Notes: generated by a model not told the origin, from the sequence alone. DNA of 64,000 nt from Candidatus Nanoarchaeia archaeon (GCA_049288015.1 JBAQGX010000003.1:138034-202033), one strand, 5' to 3'; counted from the first letter of the stretch, positions 18,352-28,259 are shown. Program-made: numbers and translations.

Positions 18352-19110
18352 ATGGTACAAATAAGATTAATGCCCACAGGGTCATTGGAATCATTGGAAC
18401 ATCTTTATAATACGGTAATAAATCCAATTTCAAAATCAAAGATAAAAGAATATTTTGGTGAAGAGGAATTTTCAAAGATAAATGAATCTTTATCTGAAAA
18501 AGAAGTGGCCATATGGGGTCTTGAACCCGGAAAATTTAATGAAGTTGCCTGGAAAAATTTTGATCAAGGAGATATAGTAATTTTTGTACCTTCAAACGAA
18601 GATTTGATAATAGGAGAATTAAGGTACAAAGCGGCAAATATAGAATTGGCCAAGAGTTTGTTGGGATCAAGTGAACGATCTGGACAATTTTGGGAATTCC
18701 TTATTTTTGTTAAAATACTTGGTTCTATTAATTTAGATAAAAGATCATTTTTGACTCAACTCGGTTACTCAGAACAAGACAATCTTCAAGCCAATCGTGA
18801 TGTTACTGATAAATTCTTAAGTACTTTTTTATCAATTGAAAATTTTATTAGTAAATATTCTAAGGATGAAATTAATTTAGAATTCTATAGAAATATGACC
18901 CCCAAACAAATGTTTGAAAGGAAAGGAAATGAGAGGTCCAAGTCAAATTTAACAAGAGAAGAATTAAAGGAGAAAAAAAACTTGGAAGAAGAATTACCAA
19001 AACTTGAGAGTTTGGTAGGCATTTTTGGATTTCCTTCTAAAGAACAACTGGAAATAAAAAAAGATAGGTTAGAAGAATTGAGAAATAAAGAGAACATTAA
19101 ATTACAATAA
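18352..19110 (+). CDS. Hypothetical protein (252 aa), translationally coupled to the MazG-like gene
   Basis: Start codon immediately follows the MazG-like stop. N-terminal beta-rich region (AIWGL...GDIVIFVPS), C-terminal K/E-rich coiled-coil-like tail. Confidence 0.45.
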   Translation: MVQIRLMPTGSLESLEHLYNTVINPISKSKIKEYFGEEEFSKINESLSEKEVAIWGLEPGKFNEVAWKNFDQGDIVIFVPSNEDLIIGELRYKAANIELAKSLLGSSERSGQFWEFLIFVKILGSINLDKRSFLTQLGYSEQDNLQANRDVTDKFLSTFLSIENFISKYSKDEINLEFYRNMTPKQMFERKGNERSKSNLTREELKEKKNLEEELPKLESLVGIFGFPSKEQLEIKKDRLEELRNKENIKLQ

Positions 19111-20103
19111 AATTTTTTCTTAGAAAAATAACAATAAACAAGTACTCAACTCACCAGCTAGATTCTGAACATAATATAAATGAGGCTTTTAGTGGCTGCG
19201 TGCTGAAACCCTCGTGTTCTTGGGTCTTACACAGCAGCTCTATCAACGTCATCTTCTTTGACGGCCTTTGTTGAATCGTTTTGCGGGCTGCTTCGAGCTT
19301 AGATGCATTCAGCTCTTATCAGTCAGCGCGTAGCTTCGCGGCCTGCCAATTGACAACCGCACACCAGAGGCGCCCAATCCCCGTTCCTCTCGTACTAGAA
19401 GATTGTTCCACTCATTCAACGACACACCTAGTAGATATCATACAAACTGTCTCGCGACGTTCTTAACCCAGCTAACGATACCTTTTAATGCGTGAACTCC
19501 GACACCCTTAGCTGCTACTGCACAGCTAGGATAGGTAGAGCCGACAGCGATGTACCAAACCGCCCCGTCAATACGGACTATCGGGGGCGACAAGCCTGTT
19601 ATCCTTGGGGTACCTTTTCTATCAGACACGGCTTCCATTAAAAAAGCACGTGGGTTCACTAAGCCCGACTTTCATCCCTGCATTCCTTGCTTTTCAGAAT
19701 ACAGTCAGACAAGCTTTTGCCTTCGCACTCTGCTCCGGATTTCCAAGCCGGATGAGCTTGTCTTTGGGTCCTATCGATATCTTTTCGACAGGGCACCGCC
19801 CCAGTCAAACTGCCCGCCTGCTGCTGTCCCCATAAAGAGTAAGCAACCTTAGAAAAAATGAGTAGTATTACAAGTTCGCTCCGCCATCACCGAAATGACA
19901 GCTTCGACGCTCCTACCTATTCTATGCATCCTTTCTAAGATCACAACAACAAGTTGCAGTAAAGGTCCACAAGGTCTTCGCTTCCCACTAGGCGTCCGTG
20001 GCATTTTCGCCACACAGTATTTTCAGAAGGCTCAAATCAGGGACAGTGACGACCTCGTTAAACCATTCATGCAAGTCGTAATTCGTACGACAAGGTATTA
20101 CGC

Positions 20104-20780
20104 TCAATTATGTTACATCTCTTTCGAGAAGGTTAACCATTTCTGATTAACTCTGAATGTCGCCATTCAGTTCGGACTATATCTTAACCGTTTCCGGTTT
20201 CTGACGTATAGTCTCTGAGGATTTTAGATAATTCAATATTGGTTTGCGATTCATCTCTGATATTAGTTTAGCAATTTTGTCAAGTCCGTTTTTAGTGAGA
20301 TGTTCTTTTTTATTCATTAAATCAATAACTTCAGAAAAAAGTTCAAAGTCTTTTCTCTTTGAAGTATTCAATTTATTTTTATTGAAAAATTCAACTATTT
20401 TGTTGAGATTCTCCAAACCTCTCACCCTGAATTCTTTTCTTGTTCCATGAAAATCTGTTCTGTTAACTTTAACATCTCCAAAACCAAAATAATCCTTTAT
20501 TTTGTAAAGAACTTTTTCGTCTTTCTCATGTTGAACAATTCTAAATTCAAGTAAGACTTGCCATCCCAAACTCATTTCAGGAATTCTATTGATAGAGATA
20601 TGAAAACATCCTTCTCCATCTGTGAATCCTACAATCCATGAACCATCTAATCTTTCCTGCTGATTGTCTGCAGTCATAACATTTTCACAAAGACGAAATT
20701 TATTAAACTTGTCCTTGTAGTCTGACATTCTCAGAGTTTCCAGCATTTAGTCAGATTTTGATAAGGCAATCGTAATCTTT
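20104..20780 (-). mobile_element. ~677-nt intron in 23S rRNA domain IV (after ...CUUAAGGUA), archaeal bulge-helix-bulge (BHB) type, carrying a homing-endonuclease ORF
   Basis: The exon sequence is interrupted between CUUAAGGUA and GCGUAAUACCUUGUCG (E. coli ~1930 region). Only ~107 nt remain outside the ORF, too little for a group I ribozyme core. Boundaries are +/- a few nt. Confidence 0.7.
20177..20746 (-). CDS. LAGLIDADG homing endonuclease (intron-encoded)
   Basis: WIVGFTDGEGCF motif, 189 aa, lies entirely inside the 23S insertion. Confidence 0.85.
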   Translation of the reverse strand: MLETLRMSDYKDKFNKFRLCENVMTADNQQERLDGSWIVGFTDGEGCFHISINRIPEMSLGWQVLLEFRIVQHEKDEKVLYKIKDYFGFGDVKVNRTDFHGTRKEFRVRGLENLNKIVEFFNKNKLNTSKRKDFELFSEVIDLMNKKEHLTKNGLDKIAKLISEMNRKPILNYLKSSETIRQKPETVKI

Positions 20781-20814
<34 letters not shown>

Positions 20815-22813
20815 GATGGGTCTTAGCTCCCTTGAAAAAGAGTTTGAAACACCACCACTGGGCAGGTCTCACCGAGTATATACAGCTTTTCAGCTTAGCA
20901 CTCGGCTACGTTTTTGGTAAACAGTCGGGCCATCCTTGTAACTGTGATCTATCAATGCTCCTTGCGGACAAAGATAGACACCCCTTAAACCGAAGTTATG
21001 GGGCTAATATGCCGAATTCCCTTGATTTGTTTGACCTTTCATGTCTTAGCCTATTAAGCCAGAGCACCAGTGCCGGTTGTGGGTACAGTTAACTAAATTC
21101 GTTTAGCAATATATTTTTCACTGGCTCCCGGAGTCAGCGATTTTGTCCTGCAAATTTATACAGATCTTAGCATTACGCTCCCAATATTTCTTTGCAGAAG
21201 CATTCTCTCAAATGCTCGCTTATCCCGAAACGGTATATTACAAAAAATTTAGCTAGTAAATGAATATTAACATTTTTTCCATCGCTGTATTCAGTTAAGG
21301 TACAACTTAGGAACTGACTAACCCTTGGCTAACATATATTGCCAAGGAAACCTTGCTCTTACGACACTTTGCGTTTTCAGCAAAGTCACTTCTTACTATT
21401 GCCAAGATTCTCATTGCTTATCGCTCCACTCTTTGTCTCCAAAAAGCTTCTGCGCAATAAACACGCCTGCTTACTCGAACGCTCAAATGAGCGCCGCCGA
21501 AGTCTCGGTATTATGCTTAGCCCCGTCCATTTTCAGGGCCCTGAGCCTCGATGGGTGAGCTGTAACGCTTTCTTTAAATGATAGCTGCTTCTGAGCTTAC
21601 ATCCCCACTGTCTCAGGTTCAAGACACCTTTTGATACACTTAGCATAAATTTAGGGACCTTAACTTTGGTCTGGGTTATTCCCCTTTCGGAACGATACCT
21701 TACGCACCGCCCCTGTTTCATATTTTACGCAGCCAACAGCTTCCGAGTTGGAAAAAGTTCCGTAAGCATAAGCTCCTGCGAACTTTATCCGTACTATACA
21801 CCGCTGGCAAACTAAATACGACTATACGAAGGCATATTTCAGCAGGAACCAGCCATCGCCGAGTTAGATAGGCTTTTCACTCCTATTCTCAAGTCATCCA
21901 AGTATATGTACGTAACACCGGTTCAGTCCTCCATCCCCCTTTCGAGAGACTTCAACTTACTCAAGAATAGATCACCCGGCTTCAGGTCTGTCCCATATGA
22001 CTGACGCTGTTTCCAACTTGCTTTCGCTTCGGTTACTCTTCATAAAAGATTAGCCTCGCCATATAAGAAAACTCCTTGGCCCGTTCTTCGAAACGTACGA
22101 TACAACCCTTTTCCTTGCGGAAAGAGCAGTATCAATCTGTAGCTGTTAGATTTCAAATCTTTTCACACTCTGCTAAGAGTTCTTTTCAGCTTTCCCTCGC
22201 GGTACTAGTGCGCTATCGGACTTTGGTTCTATTTAGGGTTAGCGGTTAATTCCGCCATGTTCAGACCTCCAATCCAGGAGGCCCTACTCTTTGAGCAACT
22301 CCATATATCATTCGTCTACCGGGCTATCACCGTCTAAGGCCCCTCTTTCCAGAGGAGTTTGACTCCTATACTTAGGAATTTACGCTCACCACATCTCTGT
22401 TCTCTTTTCAAAGACAGATTCAGTTTGCCCTCTATCCTTTTCGCTCTCTGCTAATAAGGATATCATTATTTATTTTCTCTTCCTGCAGGTACTAAGATGT
22501 TTCAATTCCCTGCGTGGTTCCCCCTCTCGGGGTGATTCGGAGATCCAAGGTTCAAAGCTTGCATGCAGCTCGCCTCGGCTTATCGCAGCTTGCCACGTCC
22601 TTCATCAATTCCAAAGCCAAGCTATCCGTCTAACAGCATAAAAAATTACATTATGTCGTATGTTTTTACACATCTGCACAAATAAATTGTGCTCTAGCTA
22701 GTGAGTTGAGTACTTGTCTCATTGAATATAACTCCTCCTTCCGGAGAAGTGTTCTCAACATGATACATCGACGTAATCGATGCACCACCTCAACGTGTGA
22801 GTATGATCTGTAA

Positions 22814-22996
22814 TTAATAATTTATGTAATTTATTCCATGAACGATATCTTGCATATATCTTCTCATTTCGTCTACTTTCATTGCTCCCGAAAATCTACC
22901 AACGATTACTTGTGATTCTAATCCTTTTAGAGCAGCAGCTTGTTCAACATTCTCTCTTGGAGTTTCTTTTACTGCATATTCACTTTCCATTTCCAT
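22814..22996 (-). CDS. Small ORF (60 aa) in the 16S-23S spacer, second gene of the spacer module
   Basis: ATG at 22996 is preceded by GGAGGA 3 nt upstream. It overlaps the stop of the upstream spacer ORF by 17 nt. The listed alternative start is TTG at 23020. Confidence 0.4.
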   Translation of the reverse strand: MEMESEYAVKETPRENVEQAAALKGLESQVIVGRFSGAMKVDEMRRYMQDIVHGINYINY

Positions 22997-23501
22997 TTCC
23001 TCCGTTTTGTTTTTTGACAATATACTCTTGGATTATTGGATGCATTTCGTTAAATAGAATTGAGTTGTAATATCCCCATCTTCCTGTATCGTCGCTGATT
23101 GTCTTATAATATTCTTGAGCTATAGCTCTAACACCCTCTGGATGTATTCCTCTTGATATTGCTCCTCTGATCTCATTTGCAATTCTTGCTTCCACGTCGT
23201 CGATTCTAAGTTTAGTGTGAAGATTAATTGCGTGTCCTCCAGAAGGTCGGTTTCCTTCCTTGCTTCCCCAAGTCTGTCCGTACTTTTCAACATACATCAT
23301 TACTAGGTCGAACATCTTTCTGTCAGCGCATCCTAACTTTTTGTTCTCCTTATATTGGGTAATGTACTGATCGAACATAGGTTTTATGTTTATCTCTTCG
23401 AATGATTTGCCCTCTTCAATTGTGTCTACTAGTTCCGTAGCTAGCGCTAGTTCTAGTTCTCCTGCTTCTTGTCTTGTTAATGTGTCAATTTCGCTTTCCA
23501 T
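22980..23501 (-). CDS. Hypothetical acidic protein (173 aa) encoded inside the 16S-23S spacer
   Basis: Clean 173-codon ORF starting 25 nt downstream of the tRNA-Ala 3' end and ending before the 23S processing stem. No recognisable family. Confidence 0.5.
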   Translation of the reverse strand: MESEIDTLTRQEAGELELALATELVDTIEEGKSFEEINIKPMFDQYITQYKENKKLGCADRKMFDLVMMYVEKYGQTWGSKEGNRPSGGHAINLHTKLRIDDVEARIANEIRGAISRGIHPEGVRAIAQEYYKTISDDTGRWGYYNSILFNEMHPIIQEYIVKKQNGGNGNGK

Positions 23502-23525
23502 TTTTATTTTTCCATTCCAGAAGAA

Positions 23526-23596
23526 TGGACCTGCCGGGAATTGAACCCGGAACTCCTCGGTGCAAACGAGGTATTCTGCCGTTGGACTACAGGCCC
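23526..23596 (-). tRNA. tRNA-Ala (anticodon UGC), the spacer tRNA of the rRNA operon
   Basis: Manual fold of the reverse complement. Acceptor GGGCCUG/CAGGUCC, anticodon loop UUUGCAC, T-arm CCGGG-UUCAAUU-CCCGG, discriminator A. Confidence 0.85.
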
Positions 23597-23707
23597 TTGT
23601 TTTATTTTAGCCCGTAGTGGTTTTTAAATTTTGTTCAGTCAATATTATTTCCATAACAAAATGGAAAGTATGTAGGAATACCGACGAATATAATCTCGTA
23701 AAATTTT

Positions 23708-25148
23708 AGGAGGTGATCCATCTGCAGGTTCCCCTACAGATACCTTGTGACGACTTAACCTACCTCATCATGCTAGGATTCTCCTCTAATGAGTTTCATC
23801 TTAACATAACTTGGTTGGTTTGACGGGCAGTGTGTGCAAGAGACAGTGACATATTCACCGGGCAATGTTGATACCCGATTACTACGGATTCCGGTGTCAC
23901 GAGGGCGGGTTGCAGCCCTCGATCTAGACTGGGATAGACTTTAAGGGATTAGCTTCTCCTTTCGGAGTTGCATCCCATTGTATCTACCATTGACGCGCCC
24001 GTGTTGCCCAGGGCATTTAGGCTGTGCCACCTAACGTAGCCCACACTTTCATCCATGTTACCATGGCAATCTGTATATTGTACACGTAGTAAATATACAT
24101 GTGGGTCTTGCCTGTTACCTGATTTAACAGGTCACCTCACGGCACAGGCTGACGTCGGCTATGTAACCCCTCTCAGCGTGTCAGGTAAGCCCTTCAGACT
24201 GACCTTCATTCTGCTGTCGGTCCTGGTGAGGTTCACGGCGTGGAATCTGATTGAACCGCACGCGTCACCCGTTGTAGTGTCTCCCCGCCAATTCCTTTAA
24301 GTTTCGGTCTTGCGACTATACTTCCCAGGTAGCACACTCTTCGGCTTCCCTCAAGCACCAATGCCTCTCGAAGAGGCACTGATGTTTAGTGTGCAGTGTT
24401 TACTGCCGGGACTACATGGGTATCTAATCCATTTTGCGCCCCCGGCCTTCATCCCTCACTGTCAGAACTGTCCTCGTAAGATGCCTTCGCTGTTGTGAGT
24501 CCGTCTAAGATTAACGCATTTAACCGCTACTTCAAACGTACTTCTTACGTCTTCCAGTCTCTAGCCTAGTAGTACTCTATGCGCGCCCTATCCTTAAGAG
24601 ATAAGATTTCACAAAGAACTTGCTAGACAAGCTACGGATGTTTTAGACCCAATAAAGATGGCTGCGACTTGGACAGCTAGTATTACCGCGGCGGCTGGCA
24701 CTAGTCTTGCCCAGTCCTTATTCGCCAAACTTTTTAGATTTGGCAAAAGCTTCTCAATGAGAAGCACTCTGGCTCGCTCTGTCACACTTTCGTGTATTGC
24801 AGAAGATTCCCAGCTGCTGCACCCCGTAGGGCTGGGAGTAGTATCTCAGACTCCCTCTCAGGGCCTCTCCGCTAAGAGCCCTTATGGATCGTCGGCTTGG
24901 TGGGCAGTTACCCCGCCAACAACCTAATCCACCGCAGCCTCATCCTTGAGCACGAGTTTTAGAGATGAACCATTCCAGGGTATATCTCCTATCAGGTATT
25001 AATCTCAGTTTCCCGAGGATATCCCTGACTCAAGGGTAGATTAGCTACGTGTTACTGAGCAGTTCGCCTTCCATTGCAAGCAACAGAAAGACTTGCATGC
25101 CTAAGTGCAAACCAGAGAGCCGCAGCCGCCAGCAGGATCAACTGGATT
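23708..25148 (-). rRNA. rrs: 16S rRNA
   Basis: Plus strand at 23708 reads AGGAGGTGATCCATCTGCAGGTTCCCCTACAGATACCTTGTGACGACTT, the reverse complement of the 16S 3' end. The 5' end (reverse complement AUCCAGUUGAUCCUGCUGGCGG) is near 25148. A 17-19-bp processing stem flanks it (23664-23682 / 25239-25257). Confidence 0.85.
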
Positions 25149-25185
25149 TTTGAAAAACTATGATAGTTTTTGGGCAAAAATATTA

Positions 25186-25336
25186 TTTACTTTTTATATC
25201 CTGAATTTCCTAAAAACGGCTCGGCGAGAATTATCAATGGGTATTCCTACATACTTCATACCTTAACGTAAAACTTGTCATTATTAAGGCACTCATTTTG
25301 ACTGATAGACTTAGCTGATTTTATATTTATAAATGT
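25186..25336 (-). promoter_or_regulatory. rRNA operon promoter/leader region with candidate TATA boxes
   Basis: Minus-strand TTTATAAATATAAAATC (25318-25336) and GATATAAAAAG (25186-25203) lie upstream of the 16S processing stem. A palindrome AAAAACUAUCAUAGUUUUU sits next to the mature 16S 5' end. Confidence 0.4.
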
Positions 25337-25381
25337 TTTGCTCATCTCGAGGAAATTTTATTTTGTCGAGGGGAAAATTAA

Positions 25382-25915
25382 TCAAATATACTTTCTTACT
25401 TCTAGTCCATTTTTGGACACTATTCTCAGTTCTTCTCGCATTGCAAAATACTCTAAAATCTTATGAGTGCTTGTATTTTTATCAAGAACTTCAATGTTGG
25501 GAAAACCAGAATCTATTCTGTTTTGAACTTCTCTATCTGCTCCTAAAAAATCATAGCTTCTTGACATTTCTAGATTATAAGAAGTAGGATTCTTAGCTAC
25601 AGACAAAAGAGTGCAGTCCCTTAGCTTTATCCTGACAATATCGTTTGCATATTTTTTTCTCGGATTTAAACTTCCAAAATAACGTAAAATTAATTCGGTT
25701 TGCAACTCTGGACAGGTTCCATCGTAATGACCAATAATTCTTCTCTCTTTTTTAGAAATATTTTCCACCCTGAATATATTTGTCTTTCCTATTTTAGTAA
25801 GTGCATTGTCATATAAATCATTGAATAACCAGGTTGATCCTTGGAAGCATAGGACTCTCTCTACCAGATTCTTGAAAGATTCATATTCTTCTTCGGTGAT
25901 TGTTTCACTGTTCAT
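25382..25915 (-). CDS. Hypothetical protein (177 aa)
   Basis: ORF divergent from the rRNA operon. No recognisable motif. Confidence 0.4.
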   Translation of the reverse strand: MNSETITEEEYESFKNLVERVLCFQGSTWLFNDLYDNALTKIGKTNIFRVENISKKERRIIGHYDGTCPELQTELILRYFGSLNPRKKYANDIVRIKLRDCTLLSVAKNPTSYNLEMSRSYDFLGADREVQNRIDSGFPNIEVLDKNTSTHKILEYFAMREELRIVSKNGLEVRKYI

Positions 25916-25985
25916 GCTTTTTCAGCATGAAATTCCTATTTAAATCTATGCAAATTTTTAAAAATATTATTTTATTATTTACTTT

Positions 25986-26210
25986 ATGGATCCGAATAAT
26001 ATGCAGATGAGGATGCAGGAGATGCAGCAGAGCGGGGCATTTGCTGATGTCTTTGGAAGGCTTGTATCGGGAAAGGCAGGATACAAACCTGTTATTGAAA
26101 AGAAGCAGGAAATATTAATGTGCAAGAGATGCATGACGCCTTTTCTAATTCAAGAGCAGAAATTCTGCCACGAATGCGGAATGAAGATTGAGTATCTCCC
26201 AAAACAATAA
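25986..26210 (+). CDS. Small zinc-ribbon protein (74 aa)
   Basis: CKRC...CHEC pair of CxxC motifs. Stop overlaps the start of the downstream PE-domain gene. Confidence 0.45.
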   Translation: MDPNNMQMRMQEMQQSGAFADVFGRLVSGKAGYKPVIEKKQEILMCKRCMTPFLIQEQKFCHECGMKIEYLPKQ

Positions 26211-26665
26211 TGTCTTTAAAAGAGTATGAAAAGAAAAGGAATCTGGAAAAGAGTGGTGAGCCAAAGGCAGTTGTAAAAAAGGATTCTAAGAAATTAATAT
26301 TTATTGTTCATGAACATCATGCTTCCCATCTTCATTGGGATTTAAGGCTTGAAATGGACGGTGTTTTGAAATCTTGGGCTGTTCCAAAGGAGCCTCCTGA
26401 AAAACAAGGTATCAAAAGGCTTGCAGTTCAGGTAGAAGATCATCCCTTTGATTATGCAAAATTTCATGGAACAATCCCAGAAGGAAATTATGGTGCGGGA
26501 AAAGTTGAAATCTGGGACAATGGAACTTATGAGATAAAATTCAGCGACTCAAAGAAAATCGAATTGATTTTTCATGGAAAGAAATTGAAAGGGCATTATG
26601 CTTTGATAAAAACTAATTATGGGAGCAAGCCGGACAAAAGCTGGTTGTTCTTCAAACTAGATTAG
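26210..26665 (+). CDS. Stand-alone LigD-type 3'-phosphoesterase (PE) domain protein
   Basis: FIVHEHHASHLHWDLRLEMDGVLKSWAVPKEPP...VEDHPFDY...GTIPEGNYGAG matches the LigD PE-domain signature, including the conserved His cluster. Confidence 0.8.
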   Translation: MSLKEYEKKRNLEKSGEPKAVVKKDSKKLIFIVHEHHASHLHWDLRLEMDGVLKSWAVPKEPPEKQGIKRLAVQVEDHPFDYAKFHGTIPEGNYGAGKVEIWDNGTYEIKFSDSKKIELIFHGKKLKGHYALIKTNYGSKPDKSWLFFKLD

Positions 26666-26903
26666 GATCTTCAACAATTGTTTCTATTGTTATTCTTGAG
26701 CAGATTTTACCATCATCAACTTCTGTTCTTAACAATATATTTCTATGATAAGCATCAAGGCTTAATACTATTCTTGATATGTCGATGTTATCTTCATAAC
26801 AGACCCCATTCTTGTTAACAACTTCTAAGTCAAAACCAGATCCATCATCACCGAATTTTTTTGTTGTGACTTCTAAATCAAAAAGATATTTCACATCTCT
26901 CAT
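26652..26903 (-). CDS. Hypothetical protein (83 aa)
   Basis: ORF only. Confidence 0.35.
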   Translation of the reverse strand: MRDVKYLFDLEVTTKKFGDDGSGFDLEVVNKNGVCYEDNIDISRIVLSLDAYHRNILLRTEVDDGKICSRITIETIVEDPNLV

Positions 26904-26957
26904 ACCTTTGAGATATTTAATTTTACTTTTAAGAATTGTTATCTTTAGATATAATAT

Positions 26958-27374
26958 TTATTTGGATTTGTTCAGGCTTTTATTAAGATCTTCCACATTT
27001 TCTATTATCTTTTTGACTATTGGTCTTATTTTTTTCTTGTCCAAATCAAATGTATCAACATCTTTTATTTCCCATCTTCTTATTTTGCATAGATTGTATT
27101 CCGGATTTTCAAATATTTTTTGTGGCACATCGTCTGCAACAACTATGATTAAATCCTGCTTTCTGAGGTTTTCAAGGCTTAAAGTCTTTGATTGGTTTGG
27201 AAGTATCAGTCCGAATTCTTTGCAGACTTCTTGCTGTTCTTTCTGCATGTTTCCGCTGAAGCTTATTAATCCCGCGCTGGAAATATTATGCTTGCTTATT
27301 TTCTTCATATGCTCTTCAGCAACTCTGCTTCGGAAAACATTGTGCTTGCATATAAACAAGATGTTCATTTTCAA
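26958..27374 (-). CDS. Low-molecular-weight protein tyrosine phosphatase / ArsC-like
   Basis: ILFICKHNVFRSRVAE gives the C-x5-R P-loop of LMW-PTPs. 138 aa. Confidence 0.75.
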   Translation of the reverse strand: MKMNILFICKHNVFRSRVAEEHMKKISKHNISSAGLISFSGNMQKEQQEVCKEFGLILPNQSKTLSLENLRKQDLIIVVADDVPQKIFENPEYNLCKIRRWEIKDVDTFDLDKKKIRPIVKKIIENVEDLNKSLNKSK

Positions 27375-27377
27375 GAA

Positions 27378-28259
27378 TTATACACCGAATCTTGCTCCGG
27401 CTTTTGCTTTCCTCTTTGCTTCTTCCTGAACATTTCCCTGTTCTCCAATCCACCAATCAATGTTTGGTATTTGGTTTACAGTCTCAAGATTATGCGCTTC
27501 GCAATATCCTTTGGCGAGAAGATAAAAGACTATTCCCAGGCTTTTCGAACTCTTGTTGTTTCCGATTATTATCTGGTTTGCTCCATATGAAAAATTATTT
27601 GTATCGCAGATCATCAATATTTTCTTGTTGACTTTCATTGTGTCATTCAATGCATTTTTGTCAACCCAAGAATCTGAGACTATTGTTAATTCATTTTCAA
27701 AGAAATCCGGAAGACTTGAGTTTGTCAATATTCCAGAAGGATATTTTTTTGTGAATGTTCTTATTCCTGTAATCTCCGAGAATTTTTCAGCAGCTCTCCA
27801 TCCAGCCTGCCTCTTGCATACGAGAATTATTTCATTTGGATTGAATTGTATAAGATACTTTATTCCTTCTTTTATTTTTTCGTCGATCAAGTCTGTGTTG
27901 AATATTGCAAGTCCATCAGCTCTTCTTCTATATACAAATGGTCTCATGTCAGGAGTTATGACTTTTGTTCCAATATATATTCCAGAATTAATATAATCTT
28001 CAAGGGGAACAAGCATATCTGTTCTTTTTTCTCCCTTAATCTGCTCTTTAAGTTCCTCTGTCTTTATTCCTTCTTCTGAAAGTTTTTTGGCTCTTTCCAA
28101 AAGCTTTCTTTTCTTTTCTTCAATTTCAGTGTCGTTGATTGATTCTTTTTCAGCTTCTCTTTCAAGATTTTCTTCTTTTAACTTTTCCTTCTTCTTAGAT
28201 TTCTCTTCAACCCTCTCTTCGTTCTCAATTTCTTCCTTTGATTCTTTCTTCTTGACCAT
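27378..28259 (-). CDS. rps2: Ribosomal protein S2 (uS2) with a ~70-aa K/E-rich N-terminal extension
   Basis: Core VPLEDYINSGIYIGTKV...FVYRRRADGLAIFNTD matches the archaeal/eukaryotic uS2 (SA) family. Position downstream of enolase matches the conserved RpoK-eno-S2 cluster. Confidence 0.85.
   Translation of the reverse strand: MVKKKESKEEIENEERVEEKSKKKEKLKEENLEREAEKESINDTEIEEKKRKLLERAKKLSEEGIKTEELKEQIKGEKRTDMLVPLEDYINSGIYIGTKVITPDMRPFVYRRRADGLAIFNTDLIDEKIKEGIKYLIQFNPNEIILVCKRQAGWRAAEKFSEITGIRTFTKKYPSGILTNSSLPDFFENELTIVSDSWVDKNALNDTMKVNKKILMICDTNNFSYGANQIIIGNNKSSKSLGIVFYLLAKGYCEAHNLETVNQIPNIDWWIGEQGNVQEEAKRKAKAGARFGV

Noticed and set aside
20104-20780. Group I self-splicing intron
   Set aside because: Only about 107 nt of non-ORF sequence. 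That is insufficient for a group I catalytic core, so BHB protein-mediated splicing is more likely.
22814-23501. Single frameshifted gene (pseudogene) spanning both spacer ORFs via the A6 run at 23011-23016
   Set aside because: The second ORF has its own ATG preceded by GGAGGA at ideal spacing. The overlap is a typical coupled-gene overlap rather than a disrupted frame. This cannot be fully excluded without homologs.
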